Assembly: GCF_018977255.1 (NCBI RefSeq)
Contig: NW_024704757.1
Span: 10,726,001-10,790,000 of the forward strand
Direction of reading: 5' to 3'
DNA length: 64,000 bases
Origin: Callorhinchus milii
Taxonomy: Eukaryota
Positions 44,090 to 57,300 of this stretch are shown here, in pieces. How positions within the stretch are numbered: position 1 is the first letter of the stretch; each line of letters opens with the position of its first letter. The translations under genes and the position numbers were made by a program. The notes below the pieces were generated by a model that saw only the letters and a program-made list of their open reading frames with translations, made no database searches and was not told the origin of the DNA.

Positions 44090-44640
44090 GTTTGTCCCGA
44101 AGCAGAAAAGGGAACAATGGCGGCGAGCTGACCCGGCATGCCCAGCGCGACTGAAAGCCCTGTATGAAAGTAATGGCCGGCGGGGATGGGGGGAGGGGGG
44201 AAGGGTTTGAGTGACGGACCGTTGGGCCGGAGGGAAGGGATTGAGTGACGGACCCTTTTAACCCGCGGGAAAGGTGGGGGGAGGACAGGGTTTGAATGGC
44301 GGCGGTGATGCCGGAGGAGGTGAGGTTGAGCCCCGAGAGCGGCGCGGGCCGGGGATCCCCAGTCCCCCCCCCCCCCGCCCGGAACATTAGACCCTCCTGC
44401 GGGTTGAGAGGCCGCGGGCGCCGCTGCTGAACTCTGCGGCGCAGCAATGGCGCCGGGGCCTGTGGGCGGGACGCGGCGCCGCGCGACGCCGCGCTGAGAG
44501 CTGAGCCGCGCTGTTTGGCCGCGTTTGTTTCGCCCACAAAAGATACAGTCACATCTCCTCCACGAGACGTGTCCCCTGCGAGTGGCTTTGAGGCCGGGCA
44601 TTGACCCGGGAAGACGCTGTGTCTCGAGCGCGAGGGTTGT
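44090..44640. promoter_or_regulatory. CpG island at the 5' end of the C8orf33-like gene
   Basis: GC/CpG-rich block containing ATGGCGG at 44117 and exon 1. Confidence 0.75.
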
Positions 44641-47600
44641 TATTTACTCTGAACGGTTTCACAGTCCCAGTTCGCACACTGTGGTACAATGTGTGTAGTG
44701 TGTGTGTGGTGTGTAGTGTGTGTGTGTGTGTGTGAGGTGTTTGGTTATAAATTCAGAGCGACTGTTGTGAATACAAGCACTTTCAGCCATGTCAGCCCAG
44801 GGTTTCCACTCCCACTGCCTCACTTCAGTCTCTTTAAATGCATTTCCCTCCCCCCTCCCCCCCCCCCACTTATCCACTGATTGACTGCTCGTCAGCTACA
44901 GGACGGGTTGGCTACGGAGTGAAGCGCCCTTTCTGTCCTGTCCCAGCACTTCCATGTCAGGTTTCGTGGATTAAACGCTTTGTAGAGAGAGTGTGGCCGT
45001 GCGCCGCTGTCGGTCAGGTCTGGAACCGTAACCTTCCGAGTCACATCTCCATTGGGGATGTTTTATGCACAGTGCTAAAGTGACATCGGTTGTGTAGCAT
45101 TTCACTTGTGCGTACATTGAGGCAATGCTGCTCGTTGACCCTTCTGAACTCTAGTCTGCCCCTTAACTGAGTTGATTTTATTTTGGGAAATGCTAAGTAA
45201 GTTGTGAGTGTCTGGATCTCCTAGCTCTGTTGTTAGCGCTTTTCGCGATTTTCTCTGAACCTTCCTGTCCCTGGCACAGCCTCCTGAAGAGACTTTCCAG
45301 AAGGATCTGAAATGGTGCATCCAGCAGCTTGAACCTGGTCAAACCCAACTCGATGTGTCATCAAAGCAAGGTAGGCAGTAGATAAGGTAACTTATTTCAA
45401 ACCTACGGGAAGGGGAAACAACACAAGAAACCCAGGTAGAACTGAGAGTTTTACATGAGAGTATTAAAGCAACTTATGAGATTGGTCTGTGAGAGCTGGA
45501 AAACAAAATAGCTATTCACCCATCTCATCAAGTAAACAGCTTTCAGTATTTCACCCCAGAAGTTGCAATGAGTGCATCGAATGCAGTTAGCGAATATACT
45601 CAAGTGTATATCTGGAGTAAATTATCAGTGAAATCATTGCAGCAGACAGCATGAATGGGTTTCAAAGACAGCCAAGTGTGCTTTTGAGGGACTGAGAAAT
45701 ACAGGGGAGAATTTACTTTGGGGCTGTGATTTGTCAGAAGAGTGCTGGTTGAGTGAAATTATAATTTCTTGTTCTTAAACCATCAGTTGCTGACCATTCG
45801 TCTCTTTCTACACAGCAATACCACCGCAGACAGAGCATTGTGCTGGGAGCACGACAGATAGGGTCGAGCCGAGGGTCCAGGAGTCTGGCCACAGCTTCCA
45901 GGTCAACTTCACTGGGTTACCAAACCTAAGTGAGGAGGCAGCTGGAGTCACTCTGAACTCTGAGAGAAAGAGACCAGTTAGCGGTGGGGTGGCCATAAAG
46001 GAATCTCTGAATGGAAGTGAAGGGAATGACTTCCCAGCCGTCCCTTCAGGAACTGATGTCCAAGAGACGTTTACATTTACAATTCCTGAGGCTGCTGGTG
46101 ACCCTCAGCAAATAGCCTTACCTGATGTCTGTTGTACAACGCTGTCAGCTCAGGAGCAGTTGGGAATCAAGACACTGATGAAAAGCTGGCGGCGGTAGTG
46201 GGACATGAGAATCCAGCTTTTCAGACATCTGAAGCCCTGAAATTAGTTGATAATGTTACCTCCAAAACCAAGAAAAAGAAGAAAAAAAAATCTCACACAA
46301 GCCAGCTGCTGAAAACACACCCAAGGACGCACATCAGGAAGGAGAAAGCCAGGACAGTGGAGGAGCTCCAGCAAAGAACCATCTCTGGTATGGATACATA
46401 AAACTTTCCAAAGTGGGATGTAATGGGGAGGTGTGTGTTTGTATGGGTGTGGGGGGGAAGAAGGAGGATGCCTGATGGGTACAGTGGATTAATATATCAG
46501 GACCAATATTTGAATCCAGAAAACTGGATTGAAGGTTTGGTCTGGTGGCTGTATGGGTGGTAGAGTGCTGTAGGAATGACAACTAAATGAAAATAATTAC
46601 ACAGGAGAGGGACCTGCGAGTAGCAGTGGATAAATCTTAAGATGCTATTTTGTGTGAGGAGCGCTTTATAAATGGAAGTTGTTGTTTGTTGTTGTAGATT
46701 ATAAAAAGGATCTTGGGATATAGAGCTACAAGGATACACAGGAACGTAACGCTGGACTTGTAGAGTCAAACCCAACTCGATGTTTCATCACAGCTCTGTT
46801 TGTCGTATTACAGTAAGGACTGGTTTACACTAAAGAAAGTGCAACAAGATTGATGTCTACAATTAGGCAGCTCAGTTCTGATGAGAGAATACAGAAGCTT
46901 TCAATGTTCCCAATGGGGAAGAGAAGGCTCAGGGAAGATCTTATTGAACGCTTTAAGATTATAAGGGGTATAAACAAACTAAACTCCATTAATATGCTTG
47001 ACATCACTACAAACTCTACAGCAAGGGGCACAGATTCAAGCTCAGAAGAGGTAAGGTGATCATCCTGTTCAGATTGAAGTAGTTTACACAGCTAATGAAG
47101 CAGATAGCGTTGTATAGTAGTCTGCAAACTTTTTGGTCCATTGGTTAAAGAGGAGGTTAGAACAAAAATGGATATGAATATGGAATTTTCTGCCACAATC
47201 TGTATTGAAGCGGAGTCCATAAATTCTTTACAGAGTAGATGTTTTAAGTCCAACACAGCTTACGTTTCTTTCTCTCCCCACTTCCAGTCTCCAGAGGAGC
47301 AACTGCAGCGGGAGGTGGATTGGTGTATTGAACAGTTGGAGCTGGGGCTGCGCACTCAGAAGAGCAATCAGAAACAAGGTGTGTGCTTGGAGCTGAAGAT
47401 CACCCGACTGTTTGTGATTACAACCCGAAAGGCGCTACAACATATAAATGTAAATTGTTGTTGTTGATCAGAGCTGGAATTGCATATGATGTTTCAGTTC
47501 TGCATTAATCATGTGGAACCATAGTTTAGAGAAGTCATTGGCTTTCAACATAGCAGAGATTCACATGTTCTCACTGTGCCACCAGACAGCAGATTGGCAA

Positions 47601-48441
47601 GTGTCAGCTTGACTCAGGCAGCAGCACTCTCAAATCTAGGTCAGAAAGCAGTGGGCTTCAAACCTCACATCGGGTATTGAGCTCTCAGTCGAGGCTGATG
47701 CTCCAATGCAGCACTGGGAGGGTGATTATGGTCCAAGGTGGCATTTTTCAGTTGAGTTGAAAGTATTATTCTGGGTTTACTTTCTCTTATTTAAAAGTTC
47801 AAAATTGACAATGCAGTTAGATAGACTAACAAATCTCACAACTATGTTTGAGAAAATCAGATTTGGGAATTGTTTGTTCTGTAAAACCAGACGGTGGCCT
47901 CTGCCAGAGCCCAGCTCTGCCTTGAGCTGTGGCCTGTATAAAGCTGCTGTCAGGATTATTGATTTACTGCTTTCTGCCTTTCAGCTGAGGAAGCACTGCG
48001 CGCTGTGAGGACCCTGCGTAGTAAGAAAGCTCCACTCGTCAAAAAGCGGCAGCTCATGCGATTAATGTTTGGAGACTACAGGAAGAAAATGGAGGTAGAT
48101 TGGCAGAGACAGCTGAAACTAATGGAGACAGGTGAGAGGAGCTTTAATCCGTCTGACATGGCAGTACATGGTGATTGGTGGTGCTGTGGTAGCAGTGGGG
48201 GGTGAGGATAAAGGCTGGTCCACGGCTCATTGCAATTTGTGTCTCTCCTGTTTCAGCTGCAAAATGTGCCAGTATTAAAACAGATGGAGTTACGCCAAAA
48301 GGGAAAGTATTCCGGAAATGTGCGACGCAGAGCAGTAAGCATTCCCAGGAATCCTGCACCACAGATTCACAGACTGGTATCAGAAAGGAGAGTGGTTTCT
48401 TCCAAACCGGCCAAGGAGAATTTCGCTTTAATTTCTTCTGA
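44138..48441 (+). CDS. C8orf33: UPF0488 / C8orf33 homolog; exon 3 frame disrupted as assembled
   Basis: Intact 3' exons 47288-47378 (SPEEQLQREVDWCIEQLELGLRTQK), 47985-48131 (RTLRSKKAPLVKKRQLMRLMFGDYRKKME) and 48257-48441 (GEFRFNFF*). Inferred 5' exons 44138-44161, 45280-45370 and 45816-46387 (in-frame stop at 46196-46198). Confidence 0.8.
46820..47055 (+). mobile_element. CR1 LINE 3' fragment
   Basis: ERIQKLSMFPMGKRRLREDLIERFKIIRGINKL...TARG, a CR1 ORF2 C-terminal motif; similar relics at about 19880-20200, 33590-33780 and 35560-35850. Confidence 0.65.
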
Positions 48442-51384
48442 AAATGGATTTGATGTACACTTCACCAGCCTCTATTTGTAAACCTTAATGTAGTCAGTTT
48501 CAGATCCAAACCTGTAGACCAGAAGTCTGCCACCTCTGTAATACTCAATGTACATGACGGGACTCCTGGATGCAGGTTACTGTTGGCTTGTGAAACCAGG
48601 CAGCATTGGTGTAAGGCTGAGTGTTGTGATTGGTCTGTACGGGTCTCAGAGTGGGATATCCAGCAGGTTCCTTCAATAACAAATCTGAGTAATGCCAACC
48701 CATTGGGAACACTTCTACAATCTGATTTATTTCCGGAGCGGTGTGGACCATCATGTTAGAAACCTCTTACATTTTAGATGACCTTTTCTATGAACTACTG
48801 ATCATGTGTGCAGCTCTGTAGAGTTGTTGACTTTCAGTATTTTGGCTGAGGGAGTAGATGTGTAAACTGCTTGAAGAGGAAAATCTATTTGCAGCTTCCT
48901 AGATGCCAGACTTTGCAAGCAATGTTGCCTAGTTGAACAGTACTCTCCAGTTTCTGGCTAAGTTTTATTAAAAAAAGAGTAAACCAATGCTTATACTTCT
49001 TGAATTTTTTTTCATATGGGGGTACTTGAAAGTGAGGAGAGTCTTGATCACATCATCTTTGTAAAGTGCTTGGAGCTGTCATCCTGCAAACAAGATATTA
49101 GTGCAAAGTGCGAACAGTCAGGCTTATTTTGTGCCAGAGGATTTATTGTTAAATACAGTATTCAAAGGCATCCAGTTTTGCCTCAGTCTTAATTTCCTGC
49201 TCATGAAGCAGTAAATTAATTTAGTATTGCTGGTAGCCACATCACTAGCACAGCTTCATTTGTTGAACTTGAGCAAATGGAAGGCAATAATTACACTTCG
49301 CCTCATACTGTGGAAATGCATTCTGATGGGACAATGGTTACTCACCAGTTGCCGTATGAGACTGAAGGTGAACAAAATTGAGCCAAGCTATACTGCAATA
49401 ATGAGATACCACAGCACTTGGAGCCATGCCTTCCGATGCCATTGCTGACTAGGTACAGAAATGTCACTGAGGAATACAACATCACAAAAAGCAATTTACA
49501 TAGATTTATTTGTTCCTGAAGAACTAAGATACAGAATCCATTTAAATATTTAATGTTAAATAGAAAAGCAGAATCCTTGCTCTTTGTTTTGGGATCTCTT
49601 GTTATAGGATATGAAAATTCAGTTTTACAAAATAAACTGTTGAATAATAAAATCAAACTAAGCATGCAGGAAACTTAATTGTTAATTTAAATGAACAATC
49701 AGGTGTACATTTTCCCTATTGTAGGAAATGATTGAACATGAAATCCTTCATGACATGCTGCTGCTATATTGATTCCAGAGGATAGATAGGCTCAGACAAA
49801 GTTAATCTCTGATTCTTGCTGGGGAGCAAACTGTGGTAATGCTTTACAAATTGAATACCAGCAGAATTAGGAAGAACGGTATTACTGCTCCATCAGGCCC
49901 ATATTATTAAATAAAACAAACAGAACAATAAATGTGGTAAAATAAAAATTGGTGAGAACCTTAAAGTGAACATAAACTTAAAAGTTACGTACATCAAGAG
50001 TAAAATAATTTTCTATGTTACTTGAAACCATTTCCTCAGATCCTTGTGGGGAGAAGTGAATCTGGTGATATACTGTGAAGTTGGGGAATTGTCTCCTAGT
50101 CCACAGATGCTCTGAGACAAACAGCCAGGAAGGAATCCAGCGATTACAGTACAAGTGCTGCTCCTGCATCAGGCTTGGAATCCTGGTGCAGAATCCGATG
50201 AATGCTCTGAGGAGCCAGGGTATCAAACAGACAACACAGTAATTGTTCCGCCTGTCAGAAACGCAAACACAGTAAGTTAGCAATAATCCCAGAGCTAGCA
50301 AGCAACAATCTAACCCAATCTTTACATGGTGAATAACGTGTTTGTTCTGTATCATTACTTTTCAATGGAATGTGAAATCTTATTAACTTCACATTGTACC
50401 TAGTGCAGTGCTTATGAGACATTTGTACTGTACTTTCTTGCTTAACTAGGTATTAATGTCACATTTAACACTGTTTTATCTCTTATCTGTGCTTGCCAGC
50501 CTCTGGCATTTTCTACCATAAGGATGTTTCCTAAATGCTGTGTTGGCATCACACGAAGAAGCCTGGAGCTAGCAAATGCATTCTAAGCGATTACGGAACT
50601 GCTATGATGAACATAATCTCCATTCCTTTGTAGTCCAGACTGACACCCCAGCACTGCATTGTCAGATGGTTGATGTGTGACCACACGTATGAGGATATAA
50701 ACTGGCCAGACAATCCCCAATGTTGCTAATGAAGTCTGTGCTGGAGAATGCTATACAGATCACTTGCCTGTTTCTCAGTCTTTGGGTAGATGAGATATTG
50801 CAGGTATTCCTGGAGCTGCAATTTGTCCCACGTGATGCTGAAACAGAGCAGAAGTGTTGATTAGATAATTGTGACCTAAACAAATTGCTGATTGGTTTTA
50901 ATTCAAATTCTGATTTTCCTACCAATTCAGGCAATGGTTTATCTACTGTGTAGGCTCTTCATCCCACAGGAAGTGAAAATAATGGGTAAAATAAGAGCAC
51001 ACACTACAAGAGAGTTTCAGATCTTAATTGCATTGCACATTTTGCCATATTTTAAACACTAGGCTTCTGCGTATTTTGACATTGCACTATCCATAACAGG
51101 TAGCATGGTCATCCTATCTTTGTAACATTGTGGTATTGCAATGCAGATCTTTTTCTAAATTACTACTGTATTTTGCAATGCCCCTGCCTCCTAACCTTCC
51201 TCTCATATCAGAATCGCATTAGGCACCAGCTTTCTCATTAACATTAACTCGAAAGTAGATGCTAAAGTAATTCAGGGTTGTTTTATCTCCCAGTGCATTT
51301 CCACATCAACAGAGAACAAGGAACATTGCAGACAGTGACAGGAAGAGCCCATTACCATTGGGAGTCTGATTAGAATATACTCAC

Positions 51385-54300
51385 CTGTTTAACAGTATGT
51401 GGAAACAAGAGATGGCATTATCTCTCTCCAGAGCTAGAAACAAACAGGGACCACTTGTGAGCAATGAGCACTGCAAAAAAAAGCAAACAGTATATTTACA
51501 ACATTTCCTGCCAAAGACAACAGCATCGCAGATACAGTGGGACCGTGACAGATCAGCACACGTCACACACCTGTATCCCAAGCGCAGTCAGGAAAAAGCA
51601 ACTTGATGCTACAATGGCAGGATGGTAGAGTGGATGTTCTGAAAGGATGAAATGGCCTGAAGGGTCCATAATAATTAATCACTTCTCTCAATCTTTTCAA
51701 ATAATTTAGTTGCCAAATAACTAATTCACCTTGGAAATTTGCTAACACAATTTAAATACTGAGATTATTTTTGTCACAGTACTTGTATCTCTCTCCTACC
51801 CTACCTATGGTTACACTGCATGAGCAGCCCCTCTGAGTGCCCCCAGGTCTGTGGGTGTATACCATTGTCGAGCTGCTGTCTGGAGTAGTGAGTAGCTTCG
51901 CTACATGCTGAGCTTGGGACAGGTCTAGAACTCCCATCCGTGCGCCCATCAGCAGAAATTTGCTTCCTGCCAGGTGATCCATAACCTCAATGTACGGTGG
52001 ATGGTGGCTCCTGCTGAAAAAGGGACCGGGTAGCAACAAGCAAGTGTCTGACAAAGGCCTGTAGAAAAAGGGGACAGAGATGCCAGATGTTAAATGTTAG
52101 TATAATTACATTAGAAAATGATTTGAAATGCACTACACATTTTAACTTTTTATAATCTTTATATATATATATATACACACACACATATCTTTGGACTGAA
52201 TACAAATGGCAGTAGTCATACACCAGTGAGATAAACAAGAAGACAGCAATTTTTGAATCTCCTTCATCTTTGTGCAATCGATTTCTATATTATTTCCCAG
52301 ATAGTATATTATCCTGGCTCAATTGCTGGTTCTATCACCTTTGAACCAGAAGGTTATGGTTACAAGCCCCACATCAGGACTTTGAACTCACAAAGTGAGT
52401 TGTTAACACTCCAAATCCAGTTCTAGTGATGTGTGGCATTGCCATCCTTTGGATGAGATGTTTAACTGAGGTCCATATTCCTGTTCACATGGACATTAAA
52501 GATCTCATGGCATTACTCAAAAAGGGAAGGGAGTTTCTCTAGTGTCCTGGCCAATAATCTCCCAAATAAAATTGGTCATTTACTTCATTACCTTTCTGTC
52601 CGAGTTGGATTTTAAACAAGCCTTGGAGATGGGAGGACAATGCAAAGTGCTAACAATTTCCCCTCCAGGTGCAATCCATATCAATGATAAAAATTTAAAT
52701 TGAGCACTCATGTTGTCCTCACTTTCTAAGGGCTCCCATATAGAGCTTGTACTGTCTCCACATGAAAGTGACATGAGCCAAAGCAATCCTGTGTCTTTCA
52801 ATCCTTCCTATTATAACAAGTGTGTAAAAGATTAGAGCCTGACCTTATAAAGTCCTTTGACAGTATTAAAGGGGAAACTTTGTCTTCCTAATCCAAATTG
52901 ATCCTCAAAATCAAATCAATTGGCTCCTAATCTTATTGTTGTGTCTATGAGGGAGTTGTACCACTGTGAATCATACTATACACTTGATTGATTTCTGAGT
53001 TTCTCACTTTGGTGAATTTAGGTGAGTGCAGCAATAATTAACATTTGGTCAAAAAATATTATTTTAAGGATAATGCAAACATGATTCAGAAAGCAGTTAT
53101 CCTGCCATTGCACCTAAATGTACAGAACTCCTATTTATTTGTGGTTTGCAAGTTGATCAACTGTTATTTGGATTCTATAAGGTTTGATGGGATTACCTTG
53201 TTGTCCACTCCATGCAACAGTTACTGCCTGGGACTCAGCAAGAGAGGAACGTCTGACAAGCTTGCGATTATGTGTGAATTCAGGGCTGATCAGCAAATCC
53301 TTTTTTTTGTGAGAATCTGAAAATGAGAAGCAGATACAAAAATTAATTACTGAACTCTACAGCCAAGGCAATTCAGGAGGAAATGCTGCCTCACAAGGCC
53401 AGGATAATTCCGAGCAATATTTAATATACAGGTCAAGGCAAGTTAATGCTTTGAGCAATACATTATTTTCTTTTAGGTCAGTCAGGTGTCTGACACGAGC
53501 AGAAACCCATCATTATGCCAAAAGAGTGTCCTAACCAGTCTGTACGTCTACCTCTGCTTCACCTGTTCATTCTGCAGCATTTGAGACTCTTCACAACACA
53601 GTCCTTCCGGGAAAAACATCTGCACATCCCTGACTGCAGTCTTATAAGATTGGGAACCTGGAAATAAGAAAGCACAGAGAGTTACAGCATCACTGCAGTT
53701 GTACACAGAGTTATCCTGTACCAGAGATGGCAGACACCAACCAGCATAATTTACAGAGATGTTTTACTCTGCTACCCAGGCTTTTCTAAATCTATACATT
53801 TCAGAAACAACAACAATTTGCATTTATATAGCGCCCCTCCTGCAGGTTGGCGTTCCAGAGCTCTAAGATAAAAGTAATAGTACTTCAGACAGTCTGCAAT
53901 GAACCCCTATTAAGTTTTGATTCAGTGGCATAATAATCCAGAAAACAAATATTACACAAATTGTGAGAATATGGAATAAATGACCTGAGAAGACCAAATA
54001 TAGTCACTTGAGAGTCTTTCAGAAGATGGAGATGGATAGATAGGATAAAGAGTTGTAGATTTAGTGATGAAGCAACTTGGGTACAACAAGATCCATCCTA
54101 GTTATGCTTAGTAAAATAAGAATAATGGACATGCGTTGTATTAAACCTGTTAAATGACGTACCATAGAAGCCATTGTGGACGAGGTCTGTCCCACAGTGA
54201 CCTCTCCATAGGAACTGGTTCAGGGCTCTGGCCTCATGGGGATCTTCCGGTCCAAGCAAGTCAAGCAGCTTTTTCACAGCATTTTCTCGTTGAACACACA

Positions 54301-57300
54301 AAATGGCTGAGGGACTTGAGGTCAGGGAATCAACACTGCGGCTCATCAAATCCGGTTCCTGAAAACAGATGTTAGATTTCAGTTATTAAGAGATCAGAAT
54401 GCATCTCACCAAGTAACTCATAGGTAGTGCTGAAACACTGGATGGTGAAGTCTGCTTTTTGACTTGACTTCAATCGAATTTCACCATAAAATAGTAATCA
54501 AACTCTCATCTCAGACTTCGTGCCCAAATATACTTATGCTTACAAAATCAGCAACCACACTGTCTATTTTTTGTTTCATGGAGAAAAATAACTGTAAAAC
54601 CATGCACATGGTGTTAACTTTTAGTCCATTCTCATAACAAAACATCCTCCTTACCCAAGATGCATCAAACGCTAATTTCTCCAGGGTATTATTTAATATC
54701 TATATTTTTAAAATCATATATTTCAGGAATACCAGCAGATAAAGACATGGTTCATTGCTCACTGAAACTTCAGAGCTTATAACAGCAATTTATCAACGTG
54801 AAAACCTAACACTTTTGGGAACTATATAGTATGCAGGCATTCTCTAATCTCTGTATGTTCAGTATAGATACAGGAACAGACAACTAGAAACACAAGAGCC
54901 ATACAACAACAACAAAATTATATTTGTATAGTGCCTTTCACGTCAGGAGGACGGCCCATACCTTTGGAAGAAAGCAAATTATTTCATTGCCACATATACT
55001 ACCTGTTGTATGTTGGACGGAGACAGAAGGGAGGCTTTCTCTTTGTCCAGACTGACCAATTTCATACCAACAATATAGAAGTGCTCCAGGTCTAGTTTGT
55101 GGAGAATCTTGGAGAAATGCCGGGGCAAAGTGGAGGGCTTGATCACCAGCACAGTAAGCAAGGGTTGGGCTCCTTTAACAAATAGCAGTAAGGTTGGATA
55201 AGTGTCACAAAGAGTTTTCTGATTCTTTTGAGCTCTAATAGCAAAACTATTCGAGCCACTGTTCTACATAAACCAATTCAGTACATGAGAAGTTTATTAA
55301 AACCTGATATTTGCGTGCCTAGCTTCACCAGTGAATTTCAAATCATTACAACACTAAAGAGATAGAATGATCGCGGAGTGAACGAATAATGCAATGACGG
55401 GGCTGGGGGGAGCCAGGGACATAAGAAAAACAAGACAGATTAGAGGGAAAAGAGAAAAAGAAGAGTGAATGATGGAAGAGGACTAAGAAAGAAAGTACGA
55501 AGAGAGAACCAAAATTAGATTTTGTGATTCAAGGACAAAAACAACAATGGGAAAGAGCTAACAAAGAAAAATAAATAATCATTGTAAATGTAGCCAGCGC
55601 TTACCAAGCAACATGTAGGTAAAGATAGACTCTTTGTTGATAGCTTGTGATCTTTTCCCTGAAACAGGAAGAGGTCTGATAAGAGTCAGCTAGGAATGGT
55701 GGATACAAAGGAGTAATGAGGAATATAGTCACATGCATAAGCTAAGGCACAACAATACCTACAGCACATTGCAAGGTCAACAGGAATAGCAACAGTGAAA
55801 GTAATACATGGATGGTAACTACAAAAATCATCATTTAATACTATGTTTTTATAATTCTCTTTATTTAGTTGTGCATAAATACGATCTACACTTTTCTCAG
55901 CATCGTCCGAATCATGGACCCCATTATCTTCACTGTAGATCATGCGGATGAGATTTTTCAGCTGTTATAAATCTATATTAAAGATACACAAACACACAGT
56001 GATATATAGTCAGAGTCAGCAATTGATTACATGTACCTGTTGCAGTGTTCCCCGAGCTGAGAGAGGGTGCAATGTACTTCAGTAACGGTCGGGCACTTGG
56101 ATCTGAGGACAGTAGAAAGTGTGTACAGAATAATAATAATCCGTGCATTTGATATAGCACTTCACTTTATTACATCTTTGAGATGTCTCAAAGCGCTTCA
56201 CAGAATATACGGTAAAGTGAGTTGACTGCAGATTTTGTGGGCGAAATATTGAAATGTCAAAACAATGCAACTATCAGTTAAATGGATCAGTGGAAAACTA
56301 TGATTATTTCTGGTTATGTTGTAACTGCATCCCTTATAGATTAGATCTTCCTCACTCGGAGTTAAAGATGTGTTACGTAATATGTATGCATCATACCTGA
56401 AACTAGTTCCCGGTCAGTGAAGAATAAAGCAGCTTGTCGGAAAGCTATCTCTGGAGTTGGTGACATGATTTTCTCCAGGTTGCTTTGCTTTGCATTGAGT
56501 AGACTGACTTTGGAGTTAGTTGTATTTAGAATTTCAGCCAACACACCAAAGGCACGGACCCGCCGCAGCACACATACAAGAGCTGGGCTGGACACCAGGC
56601 AGTCAATGCTACCCTGCCAATGTCGGTCGCCCACTTCAAATGGGGTTAGTTCCTTGGCCTGGCTGCTGCTCAGATGCGGCAACCATTTCAAGCCTAGCAG
56701 TTCAAAACCTCCATCTGCCATATTGTTTTCTGAGGAAGTAAGCGCAGAAATTAGCAAAAGACATTCAAAGGATCATTAATGCTGCAGTATAGAAACAACC
56801 CATTTAGTGAATCAAATCTGCACTAACGTTTTTCCACATGAGTCACCTAATTGAAATCCATGTTCCTACTCACTATTCCTTCAGGTATCTACATAAATCC
56901 CATTTCAAATAATTTTTGTACTTTTCTAATTTTTGGCCTTAACAACAATCCAACCATCTTTTGTGTAAAGAAATATTTTTTGAATTTCCACTTTAATTCA
57001 TTGTGTTTATTTTATTTGTGTGACTACTTGCTATTGATTTTCTGATTAGTGAAAAGTTCACAAAATACATTTTCTCCATTTAACAAAATTATTAAGCCTG
57101 CTGCACTGGAAGGTAAGGCGATTCTTACCTCTGATAAAGTTTTTCTGCTAGACTTTACTCCTCCTTTAATATATGTTAAATGGTCTTACCAGATTGACCT
57201 TGTGATTGGTTCACTGTAGGACGCAGAAGCTCCCGCAAGCCGATCCCGGCTTCTTTCATGGTTTTGTGCCCAGTCATTGTGAGAACGACAACCTGCTCCA

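Noticed and set aside
43992-44601. 171-186 aa ORFs in the CpG island (also 26848-27943 and 29333-29731)
   Set aside because: GC-rich, stop-poor sequence with no recognisable domain; only the short first exons are coding.
48441-49000. SECIS element to explain the in-frame TGA at 44129
   Set aside because: No convincing AUGA...AA...GA stem-loop seen by eye and the family is not a known selenoprotein; SECISearch would settle it.
49978-50934. Terminal exon(s) of the NDK-domain gene
   Set aside because: Several candidate acceptors exist but none gave a phase-2 exon I could support; left uncalled.
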